DNA from: Planctomycetota bacterium | Lineage (GTDB): Bacteria; Planctomycetota; JAJSAM01; JAJVHW01 | Reading direction: 5' to 3' | NCBI GenBank assembly: GCA_965248445.1 | Contig: CBDFJG010000004.1 | Span: forward strand, 1,888,001 to 1,952,000 | DNA: 64,000 nt | Shown: piece after piece, positions 32,097-42,986 of the stretch | Numbering within the stretch: position 1 is the stretch's first letter | How the letters are laid out: each line of letters begins with the position of its first letter | Notes under the pieces: model-generated | Told to the model about the DNA's origin: nothing | The model's database searches: none | The model's input: only the letters and a program-made list of their open reading frames with translations | Made by a program: the position numbers and the translations under genes

Positions 32097-32924
32097 ATGG
32101 AACTCCTGGCCGAACTCACCTGGAACGCGGACCCCGAGATCTTCTCCATCGGGCCGGTCACGGTGCGCTGGTACGGGCTGATCTTCGGCCTGGGCTTCGT
32201 CTTGGCCTACCTGCTGGCCCGGCGCATCTGGGGCGGCGAGGGCAAGAAGGTCGAGCACCTCGAAGACCTGCTCGTCCTTGTGGTCATCTTCACGATCGTC
32301 GGTGCGCGTCTCGTGCACTGCTTCGTGTACGAGCCGGACCGCTACGCGAACGACCTGGGGTCTGTCCTTCGAGTCTGGGAGGGCGGCCTGGCCAGCCACG
32401 GCGGCGTGCTCGGAATCGTGATCGCGATCGCGTGGCACTCGCTCAAGCACGCGGACCAGCCGTTCTGGTGGCTGCTCGACCGCGTCGCGGCCGTGGCCTG
32501 CGTGCCGGCCGCCATGGTGCGCCTCGGCAACTTCGTCAACTCCGAGATCGTGGGCAAGCCGACCGACGTCGCGTGGGCGGTCACGTTCCCGCGCGCTCCG
32601 CACGACTCCGTGCCGCGCCACCCGGCGCAACTGTATGAGGCGCTGCTCTACGGCGTCCTCGCGTTCGTGCTCTGGCGCCTCTACCGCAAGTTCGAGAAGC
32701 AGGTTCCCCGTGGACTGTTGGTCGGCATCCTCCTCATCGGCGTGTTCGGCGGTCGCTTCCTGATCGAGTACCTGAAGGAACCGCAGGCGAGCTTCGATCC
32801 GGCCGGCACGTTGACGATGGGGCAGTGGCTGTCGCTCCCCGCCGTCGTGATTGGGCTGTGGATGATCGCGACGTGCAAGAAGCGCGGACCGGCCGTCACG
32901 GTCAGCGAGCCCGGCAGCAGCTAG
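32097..32924 (+). CDS. lgt: Prolipoprotein diacylglyceryl transferase
   Basis: VRWYG, GARL, GGLASHGG, RLGNFVNSE, HPAQLYE. Confidence 0.95.
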   Translation: MELLAELTWNADPEIFSIGPVTVRWYGLIFGLGFVLAYLLARRIWGGEGKKVEHLEDLLVLVVIFTIVGARLVHCFVYEPDRYANDLGSVLRVWEGGLASHGGVLGIVIAIAWHSLKHADQPFWWLLDRVAAVACVPAAMVRLGNFVNSEIVGKPTDVAWAVTFPRAPHDSVPRHPAQLYEALLYGVLAFVLWRLYRKFEKQVPRGLLVGILLIGVFGGRFLIEYLKEPQASFDPAGTLTMGQWLSLPAVVIGLWMIATCKKRGPAVTVSEPGSS

Positions 32925-33271
32925 AGCGTCAGATCGGCGAGCGCGACCAGTTCGTCGAACTCGAGTCCGACCACGCGCTTGGGCACCGATCCGTCATCAC
33001 TCGGAAGAGCTCCGACCGGCAGTACCCAGGTGACGCGCTCCGCGCGGTCGATGGTCGTGTCCACACCGGCCTGCTTGCAGTCGAACGCGATGTGCACGAA
33101 GTTCCCCGGCTCGACCTGCAGGTGCGTGTCCTGGGTGCTGAAGCGCGCGCCGCCCGCGCCGACGTCTTCGAGCCGGCCGTCGATCGTGAGGCCGACCAGC
33201 GTCAGACGCGCGGGCAGCGACACGGGATGCCGCTCGTGCGCTCGTCGCTCGCCGTGGGGGAGGGTTGTCAT
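32921..33271 (-). CDS. PilZ domain protein
   Basis: ERRAHER (RxxxR) and DVGAGG (DxSxGG-like), GLEF. Confidence 0.8.
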   Translation of the reverse strand: MTTLPHGERRAHERHPVSLPARLTLVGLTIDGRLEDVGAGGARFSTQDTHLQVEPGNFVHIAFDCKQAGVDTTIDRAERVTWVLPVGALPSDDGSVPKRVVGLEFDELVALADLTL

Positions 33272-33284
33272 GGCGACAGACTAG

Positions 33285-34953
33285 CCCGAATCGTTCACCA
33301 GCCGGGAATCTGAGCGGGCCGTCGTCTGTCTAAGTGCTCGTACTCGCTAGTACTTGCACCGACAGGAGCGCCGGCCCGATGACGACAGACTGTAGCCCGC
33401 AGGGGACCCTCTTCGCGGGCATCTGTGGACGCACCGCGGTGACGCGCTTCGACGCCGGTACCGTGACGAGCGACGGGGGCGTGCTGCTGCTCGAGCGGAC
33501 CGATCGTCGCATCGATCTGCTCTCGCGGTTTGCGCGCTGCTTCGGGGACCACCGGGACCCGCGTCGGGTCGAGCACACGGTCGGCCAGATGCTGCGTCAG
33601 CGGGTCTTCGGGCTGTGCGCGGGCTACGAGGATCTGGTGGACCACGACCATGTCGGCAAGGACCCGCTGTTTGCCGCGGCGTGCGGCAAGCGCGAGGGTG
33701 CTCTGGCCACGCACCCGACGCTCTCGCGGCTCGAGACCACGCAGCTCGGCGCCACGGCACAGACGCGCTACGCCAAGATCGAGATGGACCAGGAGCGCGT
33801 GGACAGCGTGCTCAGCGACGTCTTCTGCGAGGCCATGGGGCCGGAGGATCCGGGCCTGCTCGTGCTGGACCTGGACCACTCCGACGTGCGGCTGCACGGC
33901 CGGCAGGAGGGCCGCTTCTTCCACGGCTACTACGGGCACTACTGCTACCTGCCGCTGTACGTCTTCTGCGGCGAGCACCTCTTGCTCGCTCGGCTCCAGA
34001 CCGCTGACAGAGATCCCGCGCGCGGAGTCGTGGACGAGCTCCGTGCGCTGGTCTTACGTCTGCGGCGCCGCTGGCCCCGGGCCAAGGTGCTCGTGCGCGC
34101 AGACTCGGGCTTTTGCCGCGAGGAGCTGATGGCCTGGTGCGAGGCCGCCGGCCACTTCTACCTGCTGGGCATGGCGCGCAATGAGCGCCTTGAGCGACAC
34201 GTCGAAGACGCGCTCGATGAGGCCGCAGCCCGTGCCGTGCAGACCGGCCGAGCAGCCCGGGTCTTTCGCGACTTTGCCTGGACCACGCTGGGGAGCTGGA
34301 GCCAGAGGCGTCGCGTGGTCGCCAAGGCCGAGCACCTGCCGGGCGGCAAGCGCAATCCCCGCTTCGTGGTGACCAATCTGCCGCCTCGTAGCTGGAGCAG
34401 CAAGCGTCTCTACGAGCAGCTCTACTGCGCCCGGGGCGAGGCGGAGAATCGCATCAAGGAGCAGCAGCTCGAGCTCTTCGGCACCCGTCTGTCGGTGCAC
34501 ACGATGCAGGGCAACGCCGTGCGGATGGCCATGTCGGCCATGGCCTACGTCCTGACCTGTGCGCTGCGACGCATCGGTCTCGCCGGCACCGAGATGGCGC
34601 GTGCGCAAGCCGGCACGATCCGCCTGCGGCTGCTCAAGATCGGCGCGCTCGTGCGGATCACGACGCGCCGGATCTGGGTCTCGATGTCCTCGTCGTGGCC
34701 CTGGCAGCACGTCTTCGAGCGCTGCGCGCAACGACTGCTGGCATCCCCGAAGCCGACCTGACGTCCCGCCGCGCCGTCCGCCACACCACCGCCCGGCCTA
34801 CGGTCTGCCCACACCGCAGAATCCGCGCCGTTTCGGCCGCTCACTCGCGTTGCCCTTGTGGCAACGACGACAGCATCCGCCCTCGCCTGGCCAAGATCTG
34901 ACCCTGTGGACTCCGAAAGCACCGTCATCGCGACGTCTCGTGAACAGATGCGG
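33285..34953 (+). mobile_element. IS1380-family element (transposase 33379-34761)
   Basis: TSDGG, LDLD, RADSGF, RGEAENRIKE motifs; imperfect IRs CCCGAATCGTTCAC and GTGAACAGATGCGG; flanked by CTAG and CTAA. Confidence 0.9.
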
Positions 34954-35117
34954 CTAAGTCATTGCGATAGAATTGTTTAAGGGATGGGCCCGGGATTCGG
35001 GTCGCGGGGGTCGCCACGCGGTGACCGTGAGGGGTCCGGGTCGATTCGGTCTACTCGCGCAAGCGGAGAGCGGAATCCACCATGTAGGGGGGGAGGGTGC
35101 AACCGTCTGTGGACACG

Positions 35118-36623
35118 ATGGCGGGAGACGGCTTGCGCGTGACGGCTCAACTGGAGACAGCTGACCACGTCGTGGTGATCGGCGGAGGTCCCGCGGGGCT
35201 GACCGCTGCGTACCTCCTCGCCAAGGACGGCGTCGACGTGACCGTGCTCGAGGCCAGCGACATGGTCGGGGGCATCTCCCGGACCGAGGTCTACAAGGGC
35301 TACCGCTTCGACATCGGCGGGCACCGCTTCTTCACGAAGATCAAGCCCGTGCAGGACCTCTGGGAAGAGATCCTCGGCGATGAGTTCCTCGACGTCCCGC
35401 GGCTGTCGCGCATCTTCTACGACAGCAAGTTCTTCGACTACCCGCTGAAGGCGCGCAACGCGCTTGCCGGGCTGGGAATCGTGAACGCCGTCCGCATCAT
35501 GCTGAGCTACATCAAGGCGCAGGTGCGGCCCATCCAGCCCGAGGTCAACTTCGAGGAGTGGGTGACGAACCGGTTCGGGCGCCGGCTCTACGAGATCTTC
35601 TTCAAGACCTACACCGAGAAGGTGTGGGGCATGCCGTGCACGGAGATCCAGGCCGAGTGGGCGGCGCAGCGCATCCAGAACCTCTCGCTGGGACGCGCGA
35701 TCCTGAACGCGGCTTCGATGCAGAAGCGGTCGAAGAAGATCAAGAGCCTGATCGACAGCTTCCGCTACCCGCGCCTCGGACCCGGGCAGATGTGGGAGAT
35801 GTGCCGCGACCGTATCCGCGAGCGCGGCGGCCGCGTCCTGATGAACCACCGCGTCACGAAGATCGACGTAGAGGGTGGCAAGGTCGTCGGAGTTCGTGCC
35901 CTCACGCCCGAGGGGGAAGTGCAGATCCCGGCCGACCACCTGATCTCCAGCATGCCGGTGCGGCATCTGGTGCGGGCGATCGCACCACCGAACGCGGCGG
36001 AGATCCTGGCGGCAGGCGAGGGCCTCAGGTACCGCGACTTCCTGGTCGTCGCACTGATGCTCGACCAGGCCGATCTCTTCCCGGACAACTGGATCTACAT
36101 CCACTCGGCGCACGTGCAGGTCGGGCGCATCCAGAACTTCAACAACTGGAGCCAGGCGATGGTGCCCGAAGAGGGCAAGACCTGCATCGGGATGGAGTAC
36201 TTCTGTTTCAAGGGCGACGGGTTGTGGAGCACCCCGGACGAGGACCTGATCGCTCTTGCGACACGCGAGCTCGACGGACTCGGCCTCGCCGATGCCGCCA
36301 CGGTCTTTGACGGCCGCGTGATCCGAGTGCCCAAGGCGTATCCCGTCTACGACGCCGAGTACAAGGACCACCTCCTGAAGGCCCGCGAGTTCCTGGACCC
36401 GATCGCGAACCTGCATTGCGTCGGCCGCAACGGGATGCACAAGTACAACAACCAGGACCACTCGATGCTGACGGCCATGTTGTCGCTCGAGAACATGCGC
36501 GGAGCGCGGCACGACACGTGGGCCGTCAATACGGACTTCGAGTACCACGAGACCCAGAAGGTCGAGAGCACACCACCGCCGGTGCCGAGACGAGACACGG
36601 TGAAGCATCGTGAATCGTCATGA
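35118..36623 (+). CDS. FAD-dependent oxidoreductase (HemY/UDP-galactopyranose mutase-like) of the glycan cluster
   Basis: GGGPAG, GGISRT, DIGGHRFF, GRNGMHKYNNQDHSM. Confidence 0.88.
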   Translation: MAGDGLRVTAQLETADHVVVIGGGPAGLTAAYLLAKDGVDVTVLEASDMVGGISRTEVYKGYRFDIGGHRFFTKIKPVQDLWEEILGDEFLDVPRLSRIFYDSKFFDYPLKARNALAGLGIVNAVRIMLSYIKAQVRPIQPEVNFEEWVTNRFGRRLYEIFFKTYTEKVWGMPCTEIQAEWAAQRIQNLSLGRAILNAASMQKRSKKIKSLIDSFRYPRLGPGQMWEMCRDRIRERGGRVLMNHRVTKIDVEGGKVVGVRALTPEGEVQIPADHLISSMPVRHLVRAIAPPNAAEILAAGEGLRYRDFLVVALMLDQADLFPDNWIYIHSAHVQVGRIQNFNNWSQAMVPEEGKTCIGMEYFCFKGDGLWSTPDEDLIALATRELDGLGLADAATVFDGRVIRVPKAYPVYDAEYKDHLLKAREFLDPIANLHCVGRNGMHKYNNQDHSMLTAMLSLENMRGARHDTWAVNTDFEYHETQKVESTPPPVPRRDTVKHRESS

Positions 36624-37795
36624 AGATCGGGATCGACGGTACCAGCTGGTTCAACGGCCGGGGGTACGGCCGGTTCACGCGGGAGTTGCTCCCGGAGCTC
36701 GTGGACGCCGGGGAAGATCACGAGTTCGTCCTGTTCGTCGAGGCGATGAACGAGGGCAGGCTCGGCTGGGAGGCGCGCAACCTCGAGGTCCACGGTGTCC
36801 GGTGCAGCGCAGCGCCTACGGAGGCTGCTGCCGCCAGCGGATACCGCTCACCGCGCGACATGCTCCGCTTCACGTCGGCCGTGCGCCGGCGGCGTCCCGA
36901 CGTACTGTTCTTCTCGACCGTCTACACCTACTTCCCGGTGCCACGTGGAGCCCGCGCCGTGGTGACGGTCCACGACGCGATCACCGAGCGTTTCCCCGAA
37001 CTGACCCTGCCGACGAGGCGCGCTCGACTGTTCTGGCGGCTGAAGGTCTGGCTGGCGCTGCGGCAGAGCCGCATCGTGCTGACCGTCTCGGACTATGCGG
37101 CGTCGGAGATCACAAGCTGGCTGGGTGTGCCGAAGGAGCGCCTGCGCGTCACGTCGGAAGCCCCGGCGCGTGCGTACGTGTTCGACGTGTCGCCCGAGCA
37201 GCGCGCGGGGGCGCACGAGCTCGCCGGGCTGCCGTCGGGCACGCGCTGGTTCACATACGTGGGCGGTTTCAACCCGCACAAGCGCGTGGATGTGCTCATT
37301 CGCGCGCATGCGCGTCTCGTCGCCGGCATGGAGGACCCGCCGCACCTGTTGCTGGTCGGTTCGCTCGACCGCGACGTCTTCCACGGTTGTCAAGAGGAAC
37401 TCACCCGCCTGCCGGGGTCCCTGGGGACTCAGGATCTCGTGCACTGGACGGGCTTCGTCCCCGACGAGCGGCTGCGCGTGCTGCACGCCGTCGCCGTCGC
37501 CTGCGTTCTGCCGTCCGAGTCCGAGGGCTTCGGGTTGCCGGCCGTCGAGGCGGCGGCGTGCGGCGCGCCCGTCATCGCGACCACCGAGAGCCCGCTGACC
37601 GCTCTGCTGGAGGGAGGGGGCGTTTTCGTGCGCCCCGGCGACGAGGCGGAGCTGGCGGAGGCGATGCGCCGGCTGGCGACCGATGGGGCCCAGCAGCGGG
37701 CGCGCGGCCGCAGCGCAATGGAGAGCGCGCGCAGCTTGTCGTGGGCCGCGGCGGCGCGTCGCGCGCTCGACGCGATCGAGGAGGCAGCGGCGTGA
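36620..37795 (+). CDS. Glycosyltransferase family 4
   Basis: TVHD, TVS, EGFGLPAVEA. Confidence 0.9.
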   Translation: MKIGIDGTSWFNGRGYGRFTRELLPELVDAGEDHEFVLFVEAMNEGRLGWEARNLEVHGVRCSAAPTEAAAASGYRSPRDMLRFTSAVRRRRPDVLFFSTVYTYFPVPRGARAVVTVHDAITERFPELTLPTRRARLFWRLKVWLALRQSRIVLTVSDYAASEITSWLGVPKERLRVTSEAPARAYVFDVSPEQRAGAHELAGLPSGTRWFTYVGGFNPHKRVDVLIRAHARLVAGMEDPPHLLLVGSLDRDVFHGCQEELTRLPGSLGTQDLVHWTGFVPDERLRVLHAVAVACVLPSESEGFGLPAVEAAACGAPVIATTESPLTALLEGGGVFVRPGDEAELAEAMRRLATDGAQQRARGRSAMESARSLSWAAAARRALDAIEEAAA

Positions 37796-39057
37796 GCGGT
37801 CTCCGCTTCTGCATGCTGACGACGTTCTATCCGCCGTACCACTTCGGCGGCGATGCGATGGGTGTGCAGCGGCTGTGCCACGGCCTCGTACGGCGCGGCC
37901 ACGACGTCACGGTCATCCACGACGTCGATGCGTTCATGGCGCTGCACGACGGACCCGAACCGGTCGAGAAGCCGGAGCCCGACGGGATGACGGTCCATCG
38001 GCTGCGCAGCGGTGCGGGGAGGCTCGCACCGTTCCTCACGCAGCAGACGGGCCGGCCGCTCTGGCACGGCCGGCGGATCGCAGAGATCCTCGCTGCCGGC
38101 GAATTCGACGTGATCAACTTCCACAACGTCTCGCTCGTCGGGGGACCGGGACTCCTGCGGTACGGCGACGCGATCAAGCTGTACATGGCGCACGAGCACT
38201 GGCTCGTGTGCCCGTCTCACGTCCTCTGGCGGCACGGACGCGAACTCTGCACTGGCCGCGAGTGCCTGCGGTGCGTGCTGAACCATCGCCGGCCGCCGCA
38301 GTACTGGCGGCACACCGGGCTGCTTCAGCGCGAGCTGCGGCACGTGGACACCTTCATCGCGATGAGCCGCTTCAGCGCCGAGAAGCACCGCGAGTTCGGG
38401 TTCCCCCGCGAGATGGAGGTCCTGCCCTACTTCCTGCCCGATGAGGATTTCCGCAGCGAGGGCCAGCCGGGCGGATCGCCGCACGACAGGCCGTACTTCC
38501 TGTTCGTGGGTCGGTTGGAGCTGATCAAGGGACTGGACGACGTCATCCCGCTCTTCCGGGACTATCCACACGCCGACCTTCTGGTGGCTGGCGACGGTAC
38601 GCACGCCGCGACCCTGCGAGAGCTCGCCGCGGATGTCCCGAACGTGCGCTTCCTGGGGCGTCTGCCTCCCACGGAGTTGCCGCGTCTCTACCGACACGCC
38701 GTAGCGCTGATCGTGCCGTCGGTGTGCTACGAGACGTTCGGCATCATCCTCATCGAGTCGTTCACGCACGGCACCCCGGTCATCGCCCGGCGCATCGGGC
38801 CGTTCCCGGAGATCGTCGAGGAGTCCGGCGGAGGTGAGCTGTTCGGCGACGGGGCGGAACTCCTCGCAGCGATGCACCGCATGCAGGACGACGAGGAGCA
38901 TCGCGCCTCACTCGCACGAGCCGGGTCTCGCGCCGCGTGGAGTACATGGTCGGAGAGCGCGGTCATCCCGCGGTACCTGGATCTCGTCCGCCAGGTGGCG
39001 GAGAGACGCGGACGGCACGGCACATTGGCGCGGCTGATGGAGGGAGTGGCGACATGA
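37792..39057 (+). CDS. Glycosyltransferase family 4
   Basis: FYPP..GG, GRL..IKG, ETFGIILIES; GTGA overlap with the previous gene. Confidence 0.9.
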   Translation: MSGLRFCMLTTFYPPYHFGGDAMGVQRLCHGLVRRGHDVTVIHDVDAFMALHDGPEPVEKPEPDGMTVHRLRSGAGRLAPFLTQQTGRPLWHGRRIAEILAAGEFDVINFHNVSLVGGPGLLRYGDAIKLYMAHEHWLVCPSHVLWRHGRELCTGRECLRCVLNHRRPPQYWRHTGLLQRELRHVDTFIAMSRFSAEKHREFGFPREMEVLPYFLPDEDFRSEGQPGGSPHDRPYFLFVGRLELIKGLDDVIPLFRDYPHADLLVAGDGTHAATLRELAADVPNVRFLGRLPPTELPRLYRHAVALIVPSVCYETFGIILIESFTHGTPVIARRIGPFPEIVEESGGGELFGDGAELLAAMHRMQDDEEHRASLARAGSRAAWSTWSESAVIPRYLDLVRQVAERRGRHGTLARLMEGVAT

Positions 39058-40043
39058 AGGTCCTCATCACTGGAGGAGCCGGTTTCATCGGCTCGCACCT
39101 GGCGGATCACCTGCTGGCGTCCGATCTGCAGGTGCTCGTGCTGGACGACCTCTCGACGGGCAGCATGTCCAACATCGAGCACCTCATCGGCCGTCCCGGA
39201 TTCGACTATCGAATCGGGTCGGCGCTGGACAAGCCACTCGTGGCCGAACTCGTGGATCGCGCCGACTGCACCGTCCACCTTGCGGCGGCCGTCGGGGTGC
39301 GGCTCATCGTGGAGCGGCCGGTCTACACGATCCAGACCAACCTCGGCGCCACGGAGGTCGTGCTCGATGCGGCCGCGAAGAAGAAGAAGCTGGTCCTCGT
39401 CGCTTCGACATCAGAGGTCTACGGGAAGAGCGAGAAGGTGCCGTTCACCGAGGAGGACGACCTGAGTCTCGGGCCCACCACGCGGTCACGTTGGGCGTAC
39501 GCATGCTCGAAGGCGCTGGACGAGTGGCTGGCCATGGCGTACCTGACCGAAAAACACGTGCCGGTGATCGTCGCTCGGCTGTTCAACACCGTTGGTCCGC
39601 GCCAGGTCGGTCGCTATGGCATGGTGCTGCCGAACTTCGCGCGCCAGGCACTGCGCGGGGAGCCGATCACGGTCTACGGAGACGGGACGCAGCGTCGCTG
39701 CTTCGGCCACGTGACCGACTCGGTCGTGGCGCTCACGCGCCTGCTGCGCGCCCCCGCGGCGGTCGGCGAGGTGTGCAACATCGGCTCGACGGAGGAGATC
39801 TCCATCGCTGCGCTGGCCGATCTCGTTCGCACGCGTGCGCACAGCAAGTCGGAAGTCCAGATGATCCCCTACGCCAAGGCCTACGGCAAGGGCTTCGAAG
39901 ACATGCCGCGTCGCGTGCCCGACGTCAGCAAGATGGATAGGCTGATCGGATACCAGTACCAGCACTCGCTGGAGAAAATCGTCGACGATGTGCTCGAGGA
40001 CCAGCGGGGCAGACTCACGCCGGGGGAATTGGAGGTCGCGTGA
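39054..40043 (+). CDS. NAD-dependent nucleotide-sugar epimerase/dehydratase
   Basis: TGGAGFIG, STSEVYG, YACSK, NTVGPRQ. Confidence 0.92.
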   Translation: MKVLITGGAGFIGSHLADHLLASDLQVLVLDDLSTGSMSNIEHLIGRPGFDYRIGSALDKPLVAELVDRADCTVHLAAAVGVRLIVERPVYTIQTNLGATEVVLDAAAKKKKLVLVASTSEVYGKSEKVPFTEEDDLSLGPTTRSRWAYACSKALDEWLAMAYLTEKHVPVIVARLFNTVGPRQVGRYGMVLPNFARQALRGEPITVYGDGTQRRCFGHVTDSVVALTRLLRAPAAVGEVCNIGSTEEISIAALADLVRTRAHSKSEVQMIPYAKAYGKGFEDMPRRVPDVSKMDRLIGYQYQHSLEKIVDDVLEDQRGRLTPGELEVA

Positions 40044-40074
40044 CCGCCGTCGGGCGGTCGTGGAACCAGATCAG

Positions 40075-40833
40075 ATGCGCGCGATATTGACCTACCACTC
40101 CGTCGATGACTCGGATTCGGTCATCTCGATCAGCGAACGCGAGTTCGCCGATCACGTGCGTTTCCTGTCGTCCGGCCGCGTGCGAGTCATGCCGCTCAGC
40201 GAACTGCTCGAGTCCCCCGACACGGCGGACGCCGTCGCGCTGACCTTCGACGACGGCTTCGCCAACTTCGCGACCGCTGCCTGGCCACTGCTGCGCGACG
40301 CCGGTCTGCCGGCGACGGTGTACGTCGTGAGCGAGCACGTGGGCGGGACGAACCTCTGGGGCGGGCGGCCGGAACCCGGCATTCCCCGATTGTCCCTGAT
40401 GGACTGGGACGCTCTGGCCAGGCTGGCAGAAGAAGGACTCGAGCTCGGCGGACACGGCGGGAGCCACTGCTCTCTCGAGGGACTCGCCGCCGCCGCCCTG
40501 CGCGCGGAGGTCGAGGCCGCGACGCAGCGAATCCGGGAGGAGACGGGACAGGAGGCTTGGTCGTTCGCGTACCCGTACGGCGACCACGACGACGCCGCGG
40601 CGTCCGCCGTTGGGCAGCACTACGGCGCGGCGTGCACCACGCGGCTCGCAACGCTGTCGGGACGCCCCGATCCACTCCGGCTGCCACGGCTCGACGCCTT
40701 CTACCTCCGCCGCCCGGGCGCGCTCGACCGCTACGGCACACCGGCGTTCGCGCGGTTCGTGCGCCGGCGTGCCATGCTGCGCCAGATCCGCGGGCACGCG
40801 GTCCGAATGCTGTCTCTGGGGAGGGAATCGTGA
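40075..40833 (+). CDS. Polysaccharide deacetylase (CE4/NodB-like)
   Basis: LTYH, LTFDDG, HxxxH, FAYPYG. Confidence 0.88.
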   Translation: MRAILTYHSVDDSDSVISISEREFADHVRFLSSGRVRVMPLSELLESPDTADAVALTFDDGFANFATAAWPLLRDAGLPATVYVVSEHVGGTNLWGGRPEPGIPRLSLMDWDALARLAEEGLELGGHGGSHCSLEGLAAAALRAEVEAATQRIREETGQEAWSFAYPYGDHDDAAASAVGQHYGAACTTRLATLSGRPDPLRLPRLDAFYLRRPGALDRYGTPAFARFVRRRAMLRQIRGHAVRMLSLGRES

Positions 40834-40909
40834 AGTCGCGACGGCCGCCGACGCGCGTCGGGTGGCAGAGAGTGAGTGCTACGATGGATTCGTCCCGTAG
40901 GGAGCGCCC

Positions 40910-41302
40910 GTGATGCCACTACCCGACGCAGCCCGAGTTGTGGATCAACTCCCCGCGCCGCTGCGGCCGACGGTGGCGCCGCTCGTGAAGACCGCGATGG
41001 GATTGGCCGTCGGTACGGTCTGTGGCGTGCTGCTCCTCGTGCTCGCGCTCTTCCATGCGGCGGTTGGTCCAGAGCGCGCGAAAGACCTGTGGGTCTGGCT
41101 GCTGGGGAACAACCTGTTTCACGGGTACACTCCGACCCCGCTGGGCGCGACAGTCGGCTTCGCGTGGGGTGTCGGCGCGGGGTTCGTGCTCGGCTTTGTG
41201 CTCGCGGCGGGCCGTAACGCGATCATCGCGCTCTGGATACTCTGGGTGGGCGCGCGAGAGCGACTGCGCGCGGACCGCGGCGTGCTCGACGATTTGATGT
41301 GA
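40910..41302 (+). CDS. Small membrane protein
   Basis: Two TM helices with an LL...F.GY...GA..GF pattern, similar to 42580-42885. Confidence 0.75.
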   Translation: MMPLPDAARVVDQLPAPLRPTVAPLVKTAMGLAVGTVCGVLLLVLALFHAAVGPERAKDLWVWLLGNNLFHGYTPTPLGATVGFAWGVGAGFVLGFVLAAGRNAIIALWILWVGARERLRADRGVLDDLM

Positions 41303-41303
41303 G

Positions 41304-42567
41304 TGGAGTTCCCCCGGTTCGGTGGACACCCGGGGACTATGATACGGCGGCCTCCGGCCGTCGCCGCCTCTCGAACTCGATGGGCGACAGGTCCTCGATG
41401 GAGGAGTGTCGCCGCTGCGGATTGTAGAAGCCCTCGATGAAGTCGAACACCGCCAACCGCGCTGCGGACTGCGGACTTGGTCGAAAAGCTGGTGCGGTCG
41501 ATCAACTCGGTCTCGAGCGTGGCGAAGAAGCTCTCGCACATGGCGTTGTCGTAGGCGTCTCCGACCGATCCCATGGACGGCCTGACGCCCGCTTCTCTGC
41601 AGCGCCGCCCGAAGGCGAGCGACGTGTACTGGCAGCCCTGGTCGGAGTGGTGGACGACTCCGAGGGGCTGGCGCTGGCGCACGGCCATCTCGAGTGCGTC
41701 CAGCACGATCTTGGTGTGGAGCGTCGTGGCCATGGACCAGCCGACGATCCGGCGGCTCCAGACGTCGAGGACGACCGCCAGGTACAGGAACCCCGTCCAG
41801 GTCGGCACGTACGTGATGTCGGCCACCCAGAGCTGATCGGGTGCGTCGGCCGTGAAGTCGCGATCGACCAGGTCGGCGGCCGGCGCCTGACGCTGCGAGC
41901 GCTTCGTGGTCTTGGCTCTCTTGCGGCGGCTCACGCCCTCGATCCCAGCCTGGCGCATGAGGCGCTCGACGCGCTTCCTACCGATGTGGAGGCCCTCGTA
42001 GCGCAGCTCGGCATGGATGCGCGGTGATCCGTACGTCTGGCGAGAGCGCTCGTGGATCTCGCGGACGCGCTCGGTCAGGGCAGCGTCCTCGCGATCTCTC
42101 TTCGAGGGCGCACGGCCGCGCGATGCGTAGTACCCGCTCCTCGAGACGCCGAGGACCCGACACATGGTGGCCACGTCGTGCTCTGCCTGGTGATCGCTCA
42201 CGAACCCGAACCCTTCTCTGGGATCGAGCGCGTCTCCCGAGCGAACCAGGCCGCGGCTTTTTTCAAGATGTCGCGCTCCTCGCGCAGCCGGCGCACATCT
42301 CGTCTGAGCTTGCGCAGCTCATCGCGCTCCGCGGTGGTCAAGCCGTCGTCACGCTCTCCGGCGTCCAGCGCGGCCTGCTTGATCCACTTGCGGATCGTCA
42401 TCTCCGTCGGCTCGAACTCGCGGCACAGGCTCATCACGCTCCGGCCGGCGCGGTGCAACTCGACGATCTGGCGCTTGTACTCCTCGTCGTACGGTGGTCT
42501 CGATCTGGGCATCTGGACATCCTCCCAACCTCAGTGGTCGGGTGTCCACCGAACCGGGGGAACTCCA
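41304..42567 (-). mobile_element. IS3-family element (orfA 42198-42512, orfB about 41337-42201), orfB frameshifted
   Basis: IRs TGGAGTTCCCCCGGTTCGGTGGACACC; 3-bp TSD GAG; AAAAAAG slippery site at 42257-42263; DDE motifs; 7-bp duplication near the orfB 3' end. Confidence 0.93.
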
Positions 42568-42579
42568 GAGGGAGAGCGG

Positions 42580-42885
42580 ATGAGCGTCCAAAACGACGAG
42601 AACCTTGCGGAAGGGTACCTGGTCCGGCTGAGCGGGCGCGTCTGGGGGATCGCCCTCGGACTGTGCTTCGGGATCGGACTCTTCGTGTTGACCAACATCC
42701 TCGTGCTGAAGGGCGGCGAGGACATGGGGACGCACCTGGGGCTGCTGAGCCAGTACTTCTACGGCTACGAGATCGACTTCGTCGGGAGCTTGATCGGTTT
42801 CGCGTACGCGTCCGTCGTGGGCTTTGCGATCGGCTGGGGAGTCTGCCAGATCTACAACCTCGCTTCGCGCAGTCGGTCGCGGTGA
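42580..42885 (+). CDS. Small membrane protein
   Basis: GIALG...HLGLLSQYFYGY...GSLIGF...IYN. Confidence 0.8.
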   Translation: MSVQNDENLAEGYLVRLSGRVWGIALGLCFGIGLFVLTNILVLKGGEDMGTHLGLLSQYFYGYEIDFVGSLIGFAYASVVGFAIGWGVCQIYNLASRSRSR

Positions 42886-42986
42886 CCGCGATCGCCTGGT
42901 TGTAGGGTGCATGGAGTTCGTCGCACTGACTCGGTAGCGCACCGAGCGGCGACGGCTATGCGAGCGTTTTGGGGGGGAGGCGAGGG

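Noticed and set aside
36610..37791. 815-aa fused glycosyltransferase suggested by the ORF track
   Set aside because: The N-terminal part overlaps the real GT4 in another frame; the true start is the GTG at 37792.
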